Below are positions 18,942 to 29,256 of a stretch of DNA of 64,000 nt, in pieces. The notes under the pieces were generated by a model that was not told where the DNA came from, made no database searches, and saw only the letters and a program-made list of their open reading frames with translations. Source of the DNA: Pyrinomonadaceae bacterium (GTDB taxonomy: Bacteria; Acidobacteriota; Blastocatellia; Pyrinomonadales; Pyrinomonadaceae); the NCBI GenBank assembly GCA_047973305.1, contig JBKEBT010000150.1, forward strand, positions 1,548 through 65,547, written 5' to 3'. The position numbers and the translations under genes are program-made. Numbering within the stretch: position 1 is the stretch's first letter; each line of letters opens with the position of its first letter.

Positions 18942-21371
18942 TTATTCGGCAGTTTTTGATGCCTGTGATTTAACAACCGCTTCATCTTCAATTTCACCGC
19001 CTTTGCTGATGGGGATTTCCGCGGGATTCGAGTATTTCGAGCCTTGTTCTTCAATTAATTCCTTCGGAACAATGATACTTGAAACCGAGTTCGACGGCGG
19101 AACATAACCCGGATAATCAACCCGTGAATGATAAATCGAAACCAACGATTTAATCATCGATTCACGAATCTTAGTCAACTCGCGCAAGGTCAGGTCACAT
19201 TCATCCAACTGATCGTCCGCCAAAATTGCGTCAATAATCTTGGTTACAATAAAGCGTATGTTGTCCGGGGTTGGTTCACTTAGTGCGCGCGCAGCCGCTT
19301 CACAGCTATCGGCAATCATCATAATTGCAGCTTCCTTAAACTGTGGTTTCGGACCCGGGTACCGAAAATCGTTTTCATCAATCTCAACACCCTTTGCTGC
19401 TTCATCGCGTGCTTTTGTCAAAAAATAATGTAGCGTACGCGTGCCGTGATGTTGCGGAATAAAATCGCTAATTCTTTGCGGAAGTCCCATTTCTTTTGCC
19501 ATCTTTGACCCGTAAGTTACATGGCTGATGATTATTTTCGCGCTTTGTGCCGGTTTGAGACGATCATGGGGATTTCCACGCTGCTGATTTTCAACAAAAT
19601 GTTCGGGTGCGGCGGTTTTGCCAATGTCGTGATAAAGTGCGCCGATTCGGGCAAGCAACCCGTTTGCCCCAACCACCCGACACGCTTCTTCCGAAAGTTG
19701 TCCAACCGCGTGCGAATGTTGATTTGTGCCCGGTGCGCGCAACGCCAACTGACCCAGTATCGGAAGATCTGCGTTGGAAAGCTCCAACAGTTTTACATCC
19801 GTAAGTATTCCAAACAAAGATTCGCAGATTGGCAAAAATGCCGCCGTCGCCATTGCCGTAAATAGACCGCTTGCCAACCCGCAGCCAATATTTAACAGCA
19901 CCGAATTCAAAATAAACGGCTGTTGCGAATATGCAATTAGCGCGACAGCAACAATTGCGCTTGCCAACCCAACAAGTCCTCCGGCGATTGTTACCGATTG
20001 ACGACTTCTGTAACGACCAATTCCGTAAACAGCAACGGCTGATGCAATTGCCGCGTAGATTGTAAATTCAAGCCCTTTTGGCGCAAGCAAGCCGGCTAGC
20101 AAGCTCGTAAACATTCCGGTAAACAATGCCATTCTTCTATCGGAAAGCATCGTCATCAACAAACTTGAAAACGCAAACGGAATGGCAAGTGCCAAAATTG
20201 AAGGGTCGTTTAGCGGTGCGCGAACATTCTGTATTGCGGTAAACTCAGCCAACCGAAAGGCAAGAGCCATAAAAGTTGTTTGAACAAGCACAACAAAGCC
20301 GAACAAGGCGAAAAGTTTGTTTTCCGAAAGATCAAGCCGTGAAACGATTCCGCGATTTAATACAAACTTCCAAGCAATCCAATAAAACCCGGTGATTAGC
20401 GCAAGCAGACCGAAAAACCGATTCCATTGACGCGAATTTCGAGAATAATCACGAATCGCATTAATTTCCGAAAGCATTTGCGGTGTAATCGTATCCCCTT
20501 CACGAACAATTGTTTGCCCGCGTTTCAACGAGATTTTCACCGGTTGTACGCTAGCGACCAGTTCGCTGCGCTTCTTTGTTGTCGCAGCCGAATCATAAAT
20601 AACTGTCGGTTGAATTAACGGTGCAATTGCCTTATCAAAGGCATCTACTTCGGTTTCGGAGAATGAACCAATTTCTGTGAGCTTTGTACCTACACTTTTG
20701 CGCGCTGTTGAAAGGGAAACCCAACTTGTTTCAGGCATTGAAACCACGGAATCGGTATTCGGATTTTGTCTGTCAACCAGTGAAACTTCGGGCGCTAAAA
20801 ACTGCCTGTCTTTGTCGTCGTAAATCGCGCCTTTCTGGCTTTCTTCAATAACATCGCTTAGCTGTAAAAGTTCGTTTGAAGTAAATCTACGCGCGGTAAA
20901 AACTTCACCAAGTTCCTTTCCGCCTGCCCCAGACCATTCCGCACTTCCTTTGTTTTCTACAACCGAATTTCCGGCGGGCGTACCTGCACGCGCGTTTGAG
21001 CTTTGCAGCTTTTCCCAAGAGTTTTTGAATTCCTGCGAAGCGTTTGGCGGTGGCTGCAAAGTAAAAATCGGTTTTACGCTTGCGCCTATTGATTTCTGAA
21101 TCTCTTCGGTTTCGTTTTGATCGATGGTCGAAATATCAGCCGGTGAAACAATGCTCTCGCGTGCGATATCGCCTTCTTTGTATTCTGCGGATTGAGTACG
21201 CGAAAACGGATTGTTAATCAAAATCGTTGTTACAACGCATAAAAATACAAACCCCACCCAGAACTTTTGTCCTTCGGAAACCTTGCCAAACAATTTCGTA
21301 ACGCGGTTTTTTTGTTTTGACCATCGCCGCTTGAAGGCGGTTTTTCGCTGTGTTTCGATTCTTTTCTCCAT
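18942..21371 (-). CDS. 7TM-receptor HD/HDIG phosphohydrolase (PgpH/YqfF-like)
   Basis: 809-aa protein with an extracellular N-domain, about seven TM helices, then an HD domain with HSHAVGQLSEEA, LYHDIGK and a C-terminal HHG motif. Confidence 0.8.
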   Translation of the reverse strand: MEKRIETQRKTAFKRRWSKQKNRVTKLFGKVSEGQKFWVGFVFLCVVTTILINNPFSRTQSAEYKEGDIARESIVSPADISTIDQNETEEIQKSIGASVKPIFTLQPPPNASQEFKNSWEKLQSSNARAGTPAGNSVVENKGSAEWSGAGGKELGEVFTARRFTSNELLQLSDVIEESQKGAIYDDKDRQFLAPEVSLVDRQNPNTDSVVSMPETSWVSLSTARKSVGTKLTEIGSFSETEVDAFDKAIAPLIQPTVIYDSAATTKKRSELVASVQPVKISLKRGQTIVREGDTITPQMLSEINAIRDYSRNSRQWNRFFGLLALITGFYWIAWKFVLNRGIVSRLDLSENKLFALFGFVVLVQTTFMALAFRLAEFTAIQNVRAPLNDPSILALAIPFAFSSLLMTMLSDRRMALFTGMFTSLLAGLLAPKGLEFTIYAAIASAVAVYGIGRYRSRQSVTIAGGLVGLASAIVAVALIAYSQQPFILNSVLLNIGCGLASGLFTAMATAAFLPICESLFGILTDVKLLELSNADLPILGQLALRAPGTNQHSHAVGQLSEEACRVVGANGLLARIGALYHDIGKTAAPEHFVENQQRGNPHDRLKPAQSAKIIISHVTYGSKMAKEMGLPQRISDFIPQHHGTRTLHYFLTKARDEAAKGVEIDENDFRYPGPKPQFKEAAIMMIADSCEAAARALSEPTPDNIRFIVTKIIDAILADDQLDECDLTLRELTKIRESMIKSLVSIYHSRVDYPGYVPPSNSVSSIIVPKELIEEQGSKYSNPAEIPISKGGEIEDEAVVKSQASKTAE

Positions 21372-21383
21372 TTCTATTCGCGT

Positions 21384-23117
21384 TTAATGCACCGCATAGG
21401 CGGTAAGATCTCTTGAAATTTGCTCGCCGATGGCATTCAACAAGGGGCTTAAGGAATTTTTTTGAATAGCTGAAACTGCCACGCATTCACTGCCGCTGTC
21501 AAGTTTTACTTGTCGCTTAAGTGCTTCAGTGGCTTCCTTAGAAATCTTGTCACATTTATTCAAAGCAACAATAACCGGAATATTCACAATTTCCAGTTCG
21601 CGCAAAATCTTGTTTACTGAATCTATTTGATGAAGAGCTCGCGGATTTGATGAATCCACAACGTGAACCAAAAGATTGCTATCGCTTATCTCTTCAAGCG
21701 TTGCCCGAAAAGCCGCAACCAACGTTTCGGGTAAATCGCGTATAAAACCCACGGTGTCATTTATTACAACTTCCTGCTCATAGGGCAAGCGCAAACGTCG
21801 CGCGGTTGGGTCAAGAGTGGCAAACATTTTCTTTTCCGCCAAAACTTTGCTGTTTGTAAGCGTGTTCAGTAGCGTAGATTTTCCGGCGTTGGTATATCCT
21901 ACAAGCGAAATTAACGGCAACGCCTTTTGAACGCGTTCTTTCCTGCGTTCCCGACGCTGACGCCCCAAGTTCTTCGCCTGGTTTTCGAGATTATTGATTC
22001 GCGTTCGCACAAGTCTTCTATCGGTTTCGAGTTTGGTTTCGCCCGGTCCCCGTCCTCCTATTCCGCCGGCGAGTCTAGAAAATGCGGAATTTTGTCCCTT
22101 TACCAGGCGCGGAAGCAGGTATTTCAATTGAGCCAGTTCAACCTGTAGTTTTCCTTCGCGCGAATTTGCGCGTTGTGCGAAAATATCTAAAATCAGCTGC
22201 GGTCTGTCGATAACCTTCAATTCAGTTGCTTCGGAAAGCGAACGAATTTGCGCTGGAGTCAATTCGCGGTCAAACACCAAAATATCCGCCCCTAGTTGCA
22301 TCGCACGAATCAAAAGCTCATTAAGTTTGCCTGCGCCAAGCACAGTTTTCGGATGGATTTCACGCCGTCGTTGAATTATTTTATCTAAAACCACCACGTT
22401 TGCGGATAGTGCTAGTTCCTCAAGTTCTGCGATAGATTCTTCGGCAGCTTCTCGCGAAGAATTTGTGACACAAACCAAAATTACCCGGTCGCGGTTTGTT
22501 TGTTTTCTAGCGCGAACTTTTCGGTTGCGCGCCATTTCCGCTTCAAGAGATTCAATCAATCTTAAGAAATCGGTATCGAGATGAGCGGGAATTTGGGGGG
22601 TTAGAAAATTCCAAGGTTCTTTTTGTTGTTCATCGCCTGCGCTATCGGGCAAAAGGTGTGCGGAATAAACCAGGTTTGGCAATCCATCTGCTGCGTCAAC
22701 GCAAATCGCGCTCATCAAATCCAAGCGAAGCAACGCCAAATCAGTTAAATCGTCTTCATTTAGTTTTTCGCCAAGGAGGTGCGTATGGATACAGCGCAAC
22801 CCGCGAAATCGACCTTCGGCAGCGCGAATGCGCTTAAAATCAGGCATTTCAATCTGCTTGGAATTGCCAACCATTACATATTCAACCTTTCCCTTTCGGT
22901 TAATCAATACGCCGATTTGCCTTCCCGTTTCATGTGAAAGTTCGGACATTTGCCGCGCTAACTCAGGTGAAACAATTTGCTGTGGTGTTACCTTACGGTT
23001 ATAAAGCCTTTCGATTCTTTTAAGCTGATCGTGCTTTAGCCCCTTGGTAAAGCCTTGAATATTACTGATATATGAGCCCTCCGATTTATAAATTATATCA
23101 CAGCGCAACGTATCCAC
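21384..23117 (-). CDS. hflX: GTPase HflX (long N-terminal extension)
   Basis: G-domain motifs GYTNAGKSTLLN, DTVGFI and NKCD, preceded by the HflX N-domain pattern (ILDIFAQRANSREGKLQVELAQLKY, GPGETKLE). Confidence 0.9.
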   Translation of the reverse strand: MDTLRCDIIYKSEGSYISNIQGFTKGLKHDQLKRIERLYNRKVTPQQIVSPELARQMSELSHETGRQIGVLINRKGKVEYVMVGNSKQIEMPDFKRIRAAEGRFRGLRCIHTHLLGEKLNEDDLTDLALLRLDLMSAICVDAADGLPNLVYSAHLLPDSAGDEQQKEPWNFLTPQIPAHLDTDFLRLIESLEAEMARNRKVRARKQTNRDRVILVCVTNSSREAAEESIAELEELALSANVVVLDKIIQRRREIHPKTVLGAGKLNELLIRAMQLGADILVFDRELTPAQIRSLSEATELKVIDRPQLILDIFAQRANSREGKLQVELAQLKYLLPRLVKGQNSAFSRLAGGIGGRGPGETKLETDRRLVRTRINNLENQAKNLGRQRRERRKERVQKALPLISLVGYTNAGKSTLLNTLTNSKVLAEKKMFATLDPTARRLRLPYEQEVVINDTVGFIRDLPETLVAAFRATLEEISDSNLLVHVVDSSNPRALHQIDSVNKILRELEIVNIPVIVALNKCDKISKEATEALKRQVKLDSGSECVAVSAIQKNSLSPLLNAIGEQISRDLTAYAVH

Positions 23118-23151
23118 CCGTGAAACAATTGGAGTCCGCTTTTGATTTCAA

Positions 23152-24213
23152 ATGCAAACGCATCGTAAACTAAACGCAAGATTTAAAGAAATGAATTCAT
23201 TAGGAAAAATAATTGGTGTAAATCCTTCGCTTGCGATTCCGGGTGGAGAGATTGTAATTGAGTGCGATGGGCTTGAGCCGGAAAATTTCGCTGATTTTAA
23301 GCTTCTAATCGGCGACGAAAATGCGAAATTCGTAAGTGTTTCAAATTCGAAGATAATTGCGATAGTGCCGAAAGTTGAAGGTGAAGTTCTTATACGGTAC
23401 CGAGTTGGCGAAGAATTTTCAAACGAAATCGGACTTACTGTTGGAATACAGCTTGCAGATGGATTGCATATGGTTTCCAATCCGGCAGTTGACCCTAAAG
23501 ACAATTCCGTAGTTTTGACAAATTCCGGGCGTCGCGGTGAAGAATTGCCAAACACACTTTATCGTTTGGAAACTGATGGGGCACTTTTGGAAATGAGCGC
23601 AAGTGTTTTGAATCCAACCGGAGTTGCTTTTAATCCGCACGGCAAGCTTTTTGTATCAAATCGTGCAGACGGGGAAGTTTGTAAAATTGAAAACGACAGT
23701 GAGGTGATTCCGTTTTCGTCCGGCTTAGGCGTTGCAACGGGAATTGCTTTTGATAAGGACGGAACGCTTTATGTTGGGGACCGAACCGGTTTGATTTTTA
23801 AGGTAAACAACTTAGGCAACACGGAAACATGGACAATACTTGAACCTTCTGTTTCGGCATATCATTTAACATTTGGCGCAGATGCCCGTCTATACGCCAC
23901 GGCTCCCGGACTTTCCGGATTTGACTGCGTTTACCGAATAGATGAAGACGGAACCGATGAAATCTTTTATAAAGGCTTGGGACGTCCGCAGGGCTTAGCG
24001 CTCGACACGGAAGGTTTTGTTTATGTTGCCGCTTGTTTGAGGGGGCGACGCGGCGTAATTAAAATTTCGCCCGATGGCAAAGATGCACAAGTTTTGATTG
24101 CCGGGAAGGAAATCGTGGGGCTTTGTTTTACGCGAAATAATACGATTCTTATCGCAACGGCTGATGAGCTTTATTCGCTTCCCATAGATGCAAACGGGGT
24201 TTTGCTGGATTAA
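23152..24213 (+). CDS. IPT/TIG domain plus NHL/SMP-30-like beta-propeller protein
   Basis: N-terminal IIGVNPSLAIPGGEIVIECDG looks IPT-like. Repeats of the type GVAFNPHGKLFVSN, GIAFDKDGTLYVGD and GLALDTEGFVYVA follow. The start is ambiguous, 23152 or the ATG at 23191. Confidence 0.65.
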   Translation: MQTHRKLNARFKEMNSLGKIIGVNPSLAIPGGEIVIECDGLEPENFADFKLLIGDENAKFVSVSNSKIIAIVPKVEGEVLIRYRVGEEFSNEIGLTVGIQLADGLHMVSNPAVDPKDNSVVLTNSGRRGEELPNTLYRLETDGALLEMSASVLNPTGVAFNPHGKLFVSNRADGEVCKIENDSEVIPFSSGLGVATGIAFDKDGTLYVGDRTGLIFKVNNLGNTETWTILEPSVSAYHLTFGADARLYATAPGLSGFDCVYRIDEDGTDEIFYKGLGRPQGLALDTEGFVYVAACLRGRRGVIKISPDGKDAQVLIAGKEIVGLCFTRNNTILIATADELYSLPIDANGVLLD

Positions 24214-24234
24214 TTGATTGTGTTAAAAACAACA

Positions 24235-24263
24235 AAAGGGCTGCTTTTTTAAGGCAGCCCTTT
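24235..24263. terminator. Bidirectional rho-independent terminator between convergent genes
   Basis: Perfect 10-bp stem AAAGGGCTGC (24235..24244) / GCAGCCCTTT (24254..24263) with a 9-nt loop TTTTTTAAG. It is flanked by A and T runs. Confidence 0.8.
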
Positions 24264-24268
24264 AGATT

Positions 24269-25378
24269 TTAGTTGTCGTTATCGGTTGTAGTTGGTGCAT
24301 CCGTGCGCTTTTTAAGCCGTGGCGGACCACTGTCACTTGATGATGAAGGCGATGTTGAATCATCAGGGGTATCCGAAACATCGGGCGAAGGGTCTCTTCG
24401 TTTCAATGTCGGTCTACCTTGTTCCACGCTATCAACATCATCGGGGCTAACAACACCGGCGTTAGATATTCGAAGTAAATGCTCCTTAACACGCTGAAAC
24501 TCAGATGTGCTTATAATATATTCCTGCTTTTCGGGAAATTTTGCGGCAAGCGCCAAACTGAAGTCACGACGATCAACCGATTGGGGATGCGAAGTAAAAA
24601 GCTTTGAAATCGTACCCGGTTTCTTTTTGTTTTGCGATGCAAGTTTTTCAAACATACTTGCCATTGCCGTTGGGTCATAGCCAGAGGCATAAAGATATTG
24701 AACTCCGAGTGAATCCGCTTCTTTTTCCGAACCGCGACTAAACTTAAAGAACGCCATAGCTTGTGCCAACCCCGCTGTGTTTTGAATAATCGCACCGCCG
24801 ATTCCGCCTGTTAAAATCATTCCAGCCAACAATCCGTAACCTAGCAACTGATTCTTTCCTGCGTTCTCCATAGCATGGCGCGCCGCAACGTGGGCAATTT
24901 CGTGCGCCATTACGCCTGCGAGTTCTGCTTCATTGTCTGCGGCAATTATCAACCCCTTATTTACGAAGAAAAATCCGCCCGGCAATGCAAACGCATTAAC
25001 CTCATCGCTGTCAATTACTTTTATCGTAAACGGAATTTTTGCATCGGAATGAAGCACAAGATTTTGTCCGACACGATTGATGTATTCGGTAACCATTGGA
25101 TCATCCACCATCGGAGCTTGCTGCTCAACTTGCGCCGCAAGTTGTCTGCCAAGTGCGATTTCTTTGTCTCGCGAGCCACCAAGCCAGCCGGCGAACTTGT
25201 CAAAACCGCCGTTTATGTTACGTTTGCCAATCATGGCGGGGTCTTCATCTTTGCTTAGTTTTTGTCCGGTTTGTGCAAAACCGCCTTGCGGAAGGAGCAC
25301 AACCGTAGTCATCCAAACTGACAAAAGCAAAGCAAACGCTACCGTTCTCTTAATCATTTTATTCGCCTCCAAAATCAT
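24269..25378 (-). CDS. M48 family zinc metallopeptidase (BepA/Ste24-like), secreted
   Basis: HEIAH zinc motif (GVMAHEIAHVAARH) and a downstream GSEKEAD. The signal peptide reads MIKRTVAFALLLSVWMTTVV if the start is 25357. The C-terminal tail is Ser/Pro/Asp-rich. Confidence 0.85.
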   Translation of the reverse strand: MILEANKMIKRTVAFALLLSVWMTTVVLLPQGGFAQTGQKLSKDEDPAMIGKRNINGGFDKFAGWLGGSRDKEIALGRQLAAQVEQQAPMVDDPMVTEYINRVGQNLVLHSDAKIPFTIKVIDSDEVNAFALPGGFFFVNKGLIIAADNEAELAGVMAHEIAHVAARHAMENAGKNQLLGYGLLAGMILTGGIGGAIIQNTAGLAQAMAFFKFSRGSEKEADSLGVQYLYASGYDPTAMASMFEKLASQNKKKPGTISKLFTSHPQSVDRRDFSLALAAKFPEKQEYIISTSEFQRVKEHLLRISNAGVVSPDDVDSVEQGRPTLKRRDPSPDVSDTPDDSTSPSSSSDSGPPRLKKRTDAPTTTDNDN

Positions 25379-25632
25379 TTCGAATATGACAGACTTCTTA
25401 GATTTTAATCAATTATAGCTTATAAGGGCAACACCCTTTCTGATGCACAACTCAGTTTTATGGTTGTTACAAAATACAAAAATCTGATTCTTAAGAGAAA
25501 ATATAAAAAAAGCAACAGAAATAGTTTTAACCTTGATCAAAAATTGTTAAAATGGTTTTACGGCGTAAAGATGCCGGAAAAGTTACTCTGTCGCATAGTT
25601 TGTAAACACTCATAGAAAACGTTCGACATCAG

Positions 25633-28600
25633 ATGAGCCGAATCGAAGAAAAAGTAAAAGATTTAATCGAGGTGCGAAGGCACGAACAGCTTTTGGATTT
25701 TTTGGCTGAACCCGAAAAAACCGTAAGTTCCTATTATTACACGCCTGTAACAGCGGAATTAATGGTCTCCTGGCTTGATGCTGTTTCCGCAGTGGAAAAA
25801 GATCGGGGCGCGTGCAAAGCACTTGCCGGCTATCGCGGCGTAGGAAAAAGTCATTTTCTTGCAACTTTCGGAGCGATGTTGGCGCACCCGGAAATGCGTG
25901 CGAAAGTTGATGATTCGCACGTTTTTTCGAGCCTTCATCATTTAAAACGAAGACATTACCCCGTTGCCTATGTTCGCAGAGGCACAAAACCTACTTTTAC
26001 GGAAGAACTTGTAAACGCGGTTTGTTTATCGATGGGTATTCCTTTCGAAGAAGCGCCGAGCAATATCGAAGCATTGATAACGCTTGCGGCGTCTTCCGCA
26101 AAGGAAATGCCCTTTGTGATTATTGTCGATACCGACCTCGAAAGATCTTCGCGCGTTGCGCGCGATGATGGCGCACTTCTTGGCGAACTGGCACGAATTT
26201 CACGCGGAAAAAATATCTTTATCGGTGTTGCTCTGGATGACGATATTACCGATGCAGATGGAATAAACGCCGCGATTGCAGATTCGTTCACAATCGATTA
26301 TTTAGATCAAGAACATCTTTACCAGATTGTAAACACATACGTTTTTCCAAAGCATCGGCATTCCGCACACCTTATTCAAGGGCTATATCGAGAGTTTCGA
26401 AACACACTTCCAAATTTTCGTTGGAGCGAACAAAGGTTTAATTCGCTTTACCCGTTGCACCCCTCCATTTTAGAGGTCGCACCGTTCGTAAGATTTTACG
26501 CACCAACATTTGGGCTGCTGGGCTTTGCCGCAAAGGCAGGCGAACGTATTTTGGGCAGACCCGCAAATTCCTTAATCTCGCTTGATGAAGTTTTTGACAA
26601 TGTCGAAGCTACGCTCAGAAAATCGCCGGATCTTAAAGAAAGCTTCACGGCATACGATTCCGCTTCGGCAGAAGTAATCGCAAAATTGCCGGTAATGCAG
26701 CGTTTACAGGCAAAACTGATTCTTAAAGCCTTGTTTATTTTGTCGCTTGATGGCGATGGAACCACGGCGGGCGAAATCAGCGAAGCGATGCTGATTTTTG
26801 ATGAAAATGACCCACAGCACAGCATTAGCGCCACAACCGAATTACTAACAAGTTTTGCTTCAAATATCGAAGGTGTTTGGGAAAAGGCTGAAGAAGGTCG
26901 CGAGACGCGTTTCGGAATTAAGATCGCAAGCAAAGATGATTTGAATTCCGCGTTGGATCAGGCAATCGCATCGGTTACGGATGCCGAAGTTTCACGGACA
27001 CTTTTGCGCGTTGCGAAAGATAAATTCAGCGATTGGGTATTGGATCCAAATAACCTTGCCGCACGAGCAAGCGAATTTACCGCAGAGTTTGTTTGGCGCG
27101 GTTCAAAAAGAAAAGCGGATATTGTTTGGGAATGGGGTAATAACTTGCCGGCTGCAAACAAGCCACGAGAAAAGCAACAAAAAGTAGACTTACATATTTC
27201 GATTGTTGCACCTACATTTGCCGCCACGGAAGGAAATCCGGCAGATTCAGGCATAAAATGGATTTCCGGTACACTTACAAAAGATGAAATCGAAACACTA
27301 AAGCGCCTTTCCGTGCTTTTGAGCGATTCAACATTAAAGAAGAAATTCGGCGAACAGGTTCGCGCCGCCGGTCACACAAATATAGTTGCGGCGGAAAAAA
27401 TTTGGGAGCGCATCTTCTTCAAAGCCGCAAAACTTCAAATAAGCAGTGAGATTCATCCTATACCCGAGAACATACGAACTCACGGCTTGTTTGGCGAAGT
27501 GCTAGAAGACATGTTCGATGGATATTTTGAGAAGAATTATCCGTCACATCCGCAATTTAACGGCACGCTTGATATGGAAAAAGTCGGGCTGCTGGTAAAC
27601 GATTTGTTTAGCGGCGTTCGCGGCGTTACACCAAACGTTCAAGAAGTTGCGCAAAAATTTGCATTTCCGCTTGGTCTTGTGCATGTACAAGATGGAAATT
27701 TGACACTTGTAAATGAAAAACAGTTGGTGTCCACGCCATTTCTGAAGCCGTTTGTCGAAAAAGTCGAAAACTTGGGTGAAGGAGTTCTTTCACTTCAGCA
27801 AGTGGATTCCGATTTGGGTGCGTCTCCCTACGGACTTTCACCCGAAGCGCAGTATTTGGTGCTTTCCGCCCTCGTTGCGCTTCGCAACATCGAATTTGTT
27901 ACATCGCGGGGTGACCGCATCTCCCATCGTTCACTTGATTTAAAGATTCTTTGGGATGACATAATTGGAATTGCGCGTCCCGAAGACGTGACCGCTGATT
28001 ACGAGAAGTTAAACCAGTGGGCACGCGCGCTTTTGCGTAACAATGAGATTCCGGAATTTAAGGAGTCAGAAGGAAGAGTTGAAGTAGTTTCCGCGCTTTC
28101 AGAGTGGCGAAATCGCTGGCTTGAATCCGGGATTCTTGAACGGTTCGCGGAGGTACCGGATGAAGGACTAAACCGCCGAATTTGGAATCTTTCGGTTACA
28201 ATCGAAAAATCTTTCGGTGTTGTTGCGCGCATTTTAAATCATATTGGTGAGGATTCATCCGTGCTTGAGGATGTTCTTCAACGAATTGCGGAAACGTTTT
28301 CAAACTCGTTTTCTGAACTGGATGAGCGTTATAAAGACTTGATGCGGTTTAAACGCTTTATCGAAGGTTTTGGTAGGCGAAGGCAAGTTTGGTCTTATCT
28401 TGCAGTGTCTGAAATTACGCACGATGAAGAAATTGAGAAGTACAGACAGCGTTTGCTTGCTTTAATTGACCAAGGCAATAACTATTCGGCAAATTATTCA
28501 AGCGATGAATTTGAAAGCACTTGGAACGCATTTCACGAGAAATTTACCGAACATTTCACAATTCGGCATGACGCAATAATGAATTCGCAGCAAATGAAGC

Positions 28601-29175
28601 GGGAATTTGAAGCGATTTTAAAAAGCGATGAGTGGTGGGAATTTGAATATCTTTCAAAACTTGCGATATTTAAGCCTATTCATTGGCGACGCGCGCAAAA
28701 AATATTGAAACGCTATCGCGAACTTGAGTGTAGCTTCGATGCAAAAGCAAATCTGAACACGCATCCGTTTTGTGCCTGTTCATTTAGCCTTTCGCGAATT
28801 TCTGAACTTGCAACTCTGGCAAAATCGCTTGAAACCACAATTCGCGCTGCACGCAGAAGCTACCGCAACACGCTTCGAACGTTGAAAGAGTTTATTGAAC
28901 AAAGGATTCAACAGCTTGTTGCGGCAGAACCCAAAAACGGTATGCAACAAGCTGCCAAGGAGCTTTTGACACATTTGAACAGCCCGAATTTGGCTCCGTT
29001 TACCGGCGACCAACTCGTAGTTTTGTATAACGCAATGTTGAATGATTCGACATCCACAACGGTTTCAATCGCGTTTCCCGGACAGGGAAATCTTTATACA
29101 TCCGAAGAACTTCGCTCACGCGTAAATGCGTGGATTGATGATCTTCCGGACTACCCTATAATGTTAAAACTCTGA
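25633..29175 (+). CDS. Large (1180 aa) stand-alone P-loop NTPase with a BrxC/PglY-like Walker A context
   Basis: Walker A reads ALAGYRGVGKSHFLATFG; a candidate Walker B reads MPFVIIVDTDLE. A long helical C-terminal region contains the Cys cluster ELECSF...HPFCACSF. The gene has its own upstream gap and a downstream terminator. Confidence 0.6.
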   Translation: MSRIEEKVKDLIEVRRHEQLLDFLAEPEKTVSSYYYTPVTAELMVSWLDAVSAVEKDRGACKALAGYRGVGKSHFLATFGAMLAHPEMRAKVDDSHVFSSLHHLKRRHYPVAYVRRGTKPTFTEELVNAVCLSMGIPFEEAPSNIEALITLAASSAKEMPFVIIVDTDLERSSRVARDDGALLGELARISRGKNIFIGVALDDDITDADGINAAIADSFTIDYLDQEHLYQIVNTYVFPKHRHSAHLIQGLYREFRNTLPNFRWSEQRFNSLYPLHPSILEVAPFVRFYAPTFGLLGFAAKAGERILGRPANSLISLDEVFDNVEATLRKSPDLKESFTAYDSASAEVIAKLPVMQRLQAKLILKALFILSLDGDGTTAGEISEAMLIFDENDPQHSISATTELLTSFASNIEGVWEKAEEGRETRFGIKIASKDDLNSALDQAIASVTDAEVSRTLLRVAKDKFSDWVLDPNNLAARASEFTAEFVWRGSKRKADIVWEWGNNLPAANKPREKQQKVDLHISIVAPTFAATEGNPADSGIKWISGTLTKDEIETLKRLSVLLSDSTLKKKFGEQVRAAGHTNIVAAEKIWERIFFKAAKLQISSEIHPIPENIRTHGLFGEVLEDMFDGYFEKNYPSHPQFNGTLDMEKVGLLVNDLFSGVRGVTPNVQEVAQKFAFPLGLVHVQDGNLTLVNEKQLVSTPFLKPFVEKVENLGEGVLSLQQVDSDLGASPYGLSPEAQYLVLSALVALRNIEFVTSRGDRISHRSLDLKILWDDIIGIARPEDVTADYEKLNQWARALLRNNEIPEFKESEGRVEVVSALSEWRNRWLESGILERFAEVPDEGLNRRIWNLSVTIEKSFGVVARILNHIGEDSSVLEDVLQRIAETFSNSFSELDERYKDLMRFKRFIEGFGRRRQVWSYLAVSEITHDEEIEKYRQRLLALIDQGNNYSANYSSDEFESTWNAFHEKFTEHFTIRHDAIMNSQQMKREFEAILKSDEWWEFEYLSKLAIFKPIHWRRAQKILKRYRELECSFDAKANLNTHPFCACSFSLSRISELATLAKSLETTIRAARRSYRNTLRTLKEFIEQRIQQLVAAEPKNGMQQAAKELLTHLNSPNLAPFTGDQLVVLYNAMLNDSTSTTVSIAFPGQGNLYTSEELRSRVNAWIDDLPDYPIMLKL

Positions 29176-29200
29176 TTTTCAGGCTAACTCGCGTTTCGTT

Positions 29201-29233
29201 GGCAAAGCTTTTTACGGAGCTTTGCCCTTTTTT
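29201..29233 (+). terminator. Rho-independent terminator after the 1180-aa gene
   Basis: 9-bp stem GGCAAAGCT (29201..29209) / AGCTTTGCC (29218..29226) followed by CTTTTTT. Confidence 0.8.
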
Positions 29234-29256
29234 AATTTGCAATTAATATCGTAAAT

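Noticed and set aside
25633-29175. Calling the 1180-aa ATPase part of a BREX or other multi-gene defence island.
   Set aside because: No PglX methyltransferase, PglZ, BrxA, BrxB, BrxL or other defence-type genes lie within at least 8 kb on either side, and the flanking genes look like housekeeping genes. I kept it only as an orphan ATPase of unknown role.
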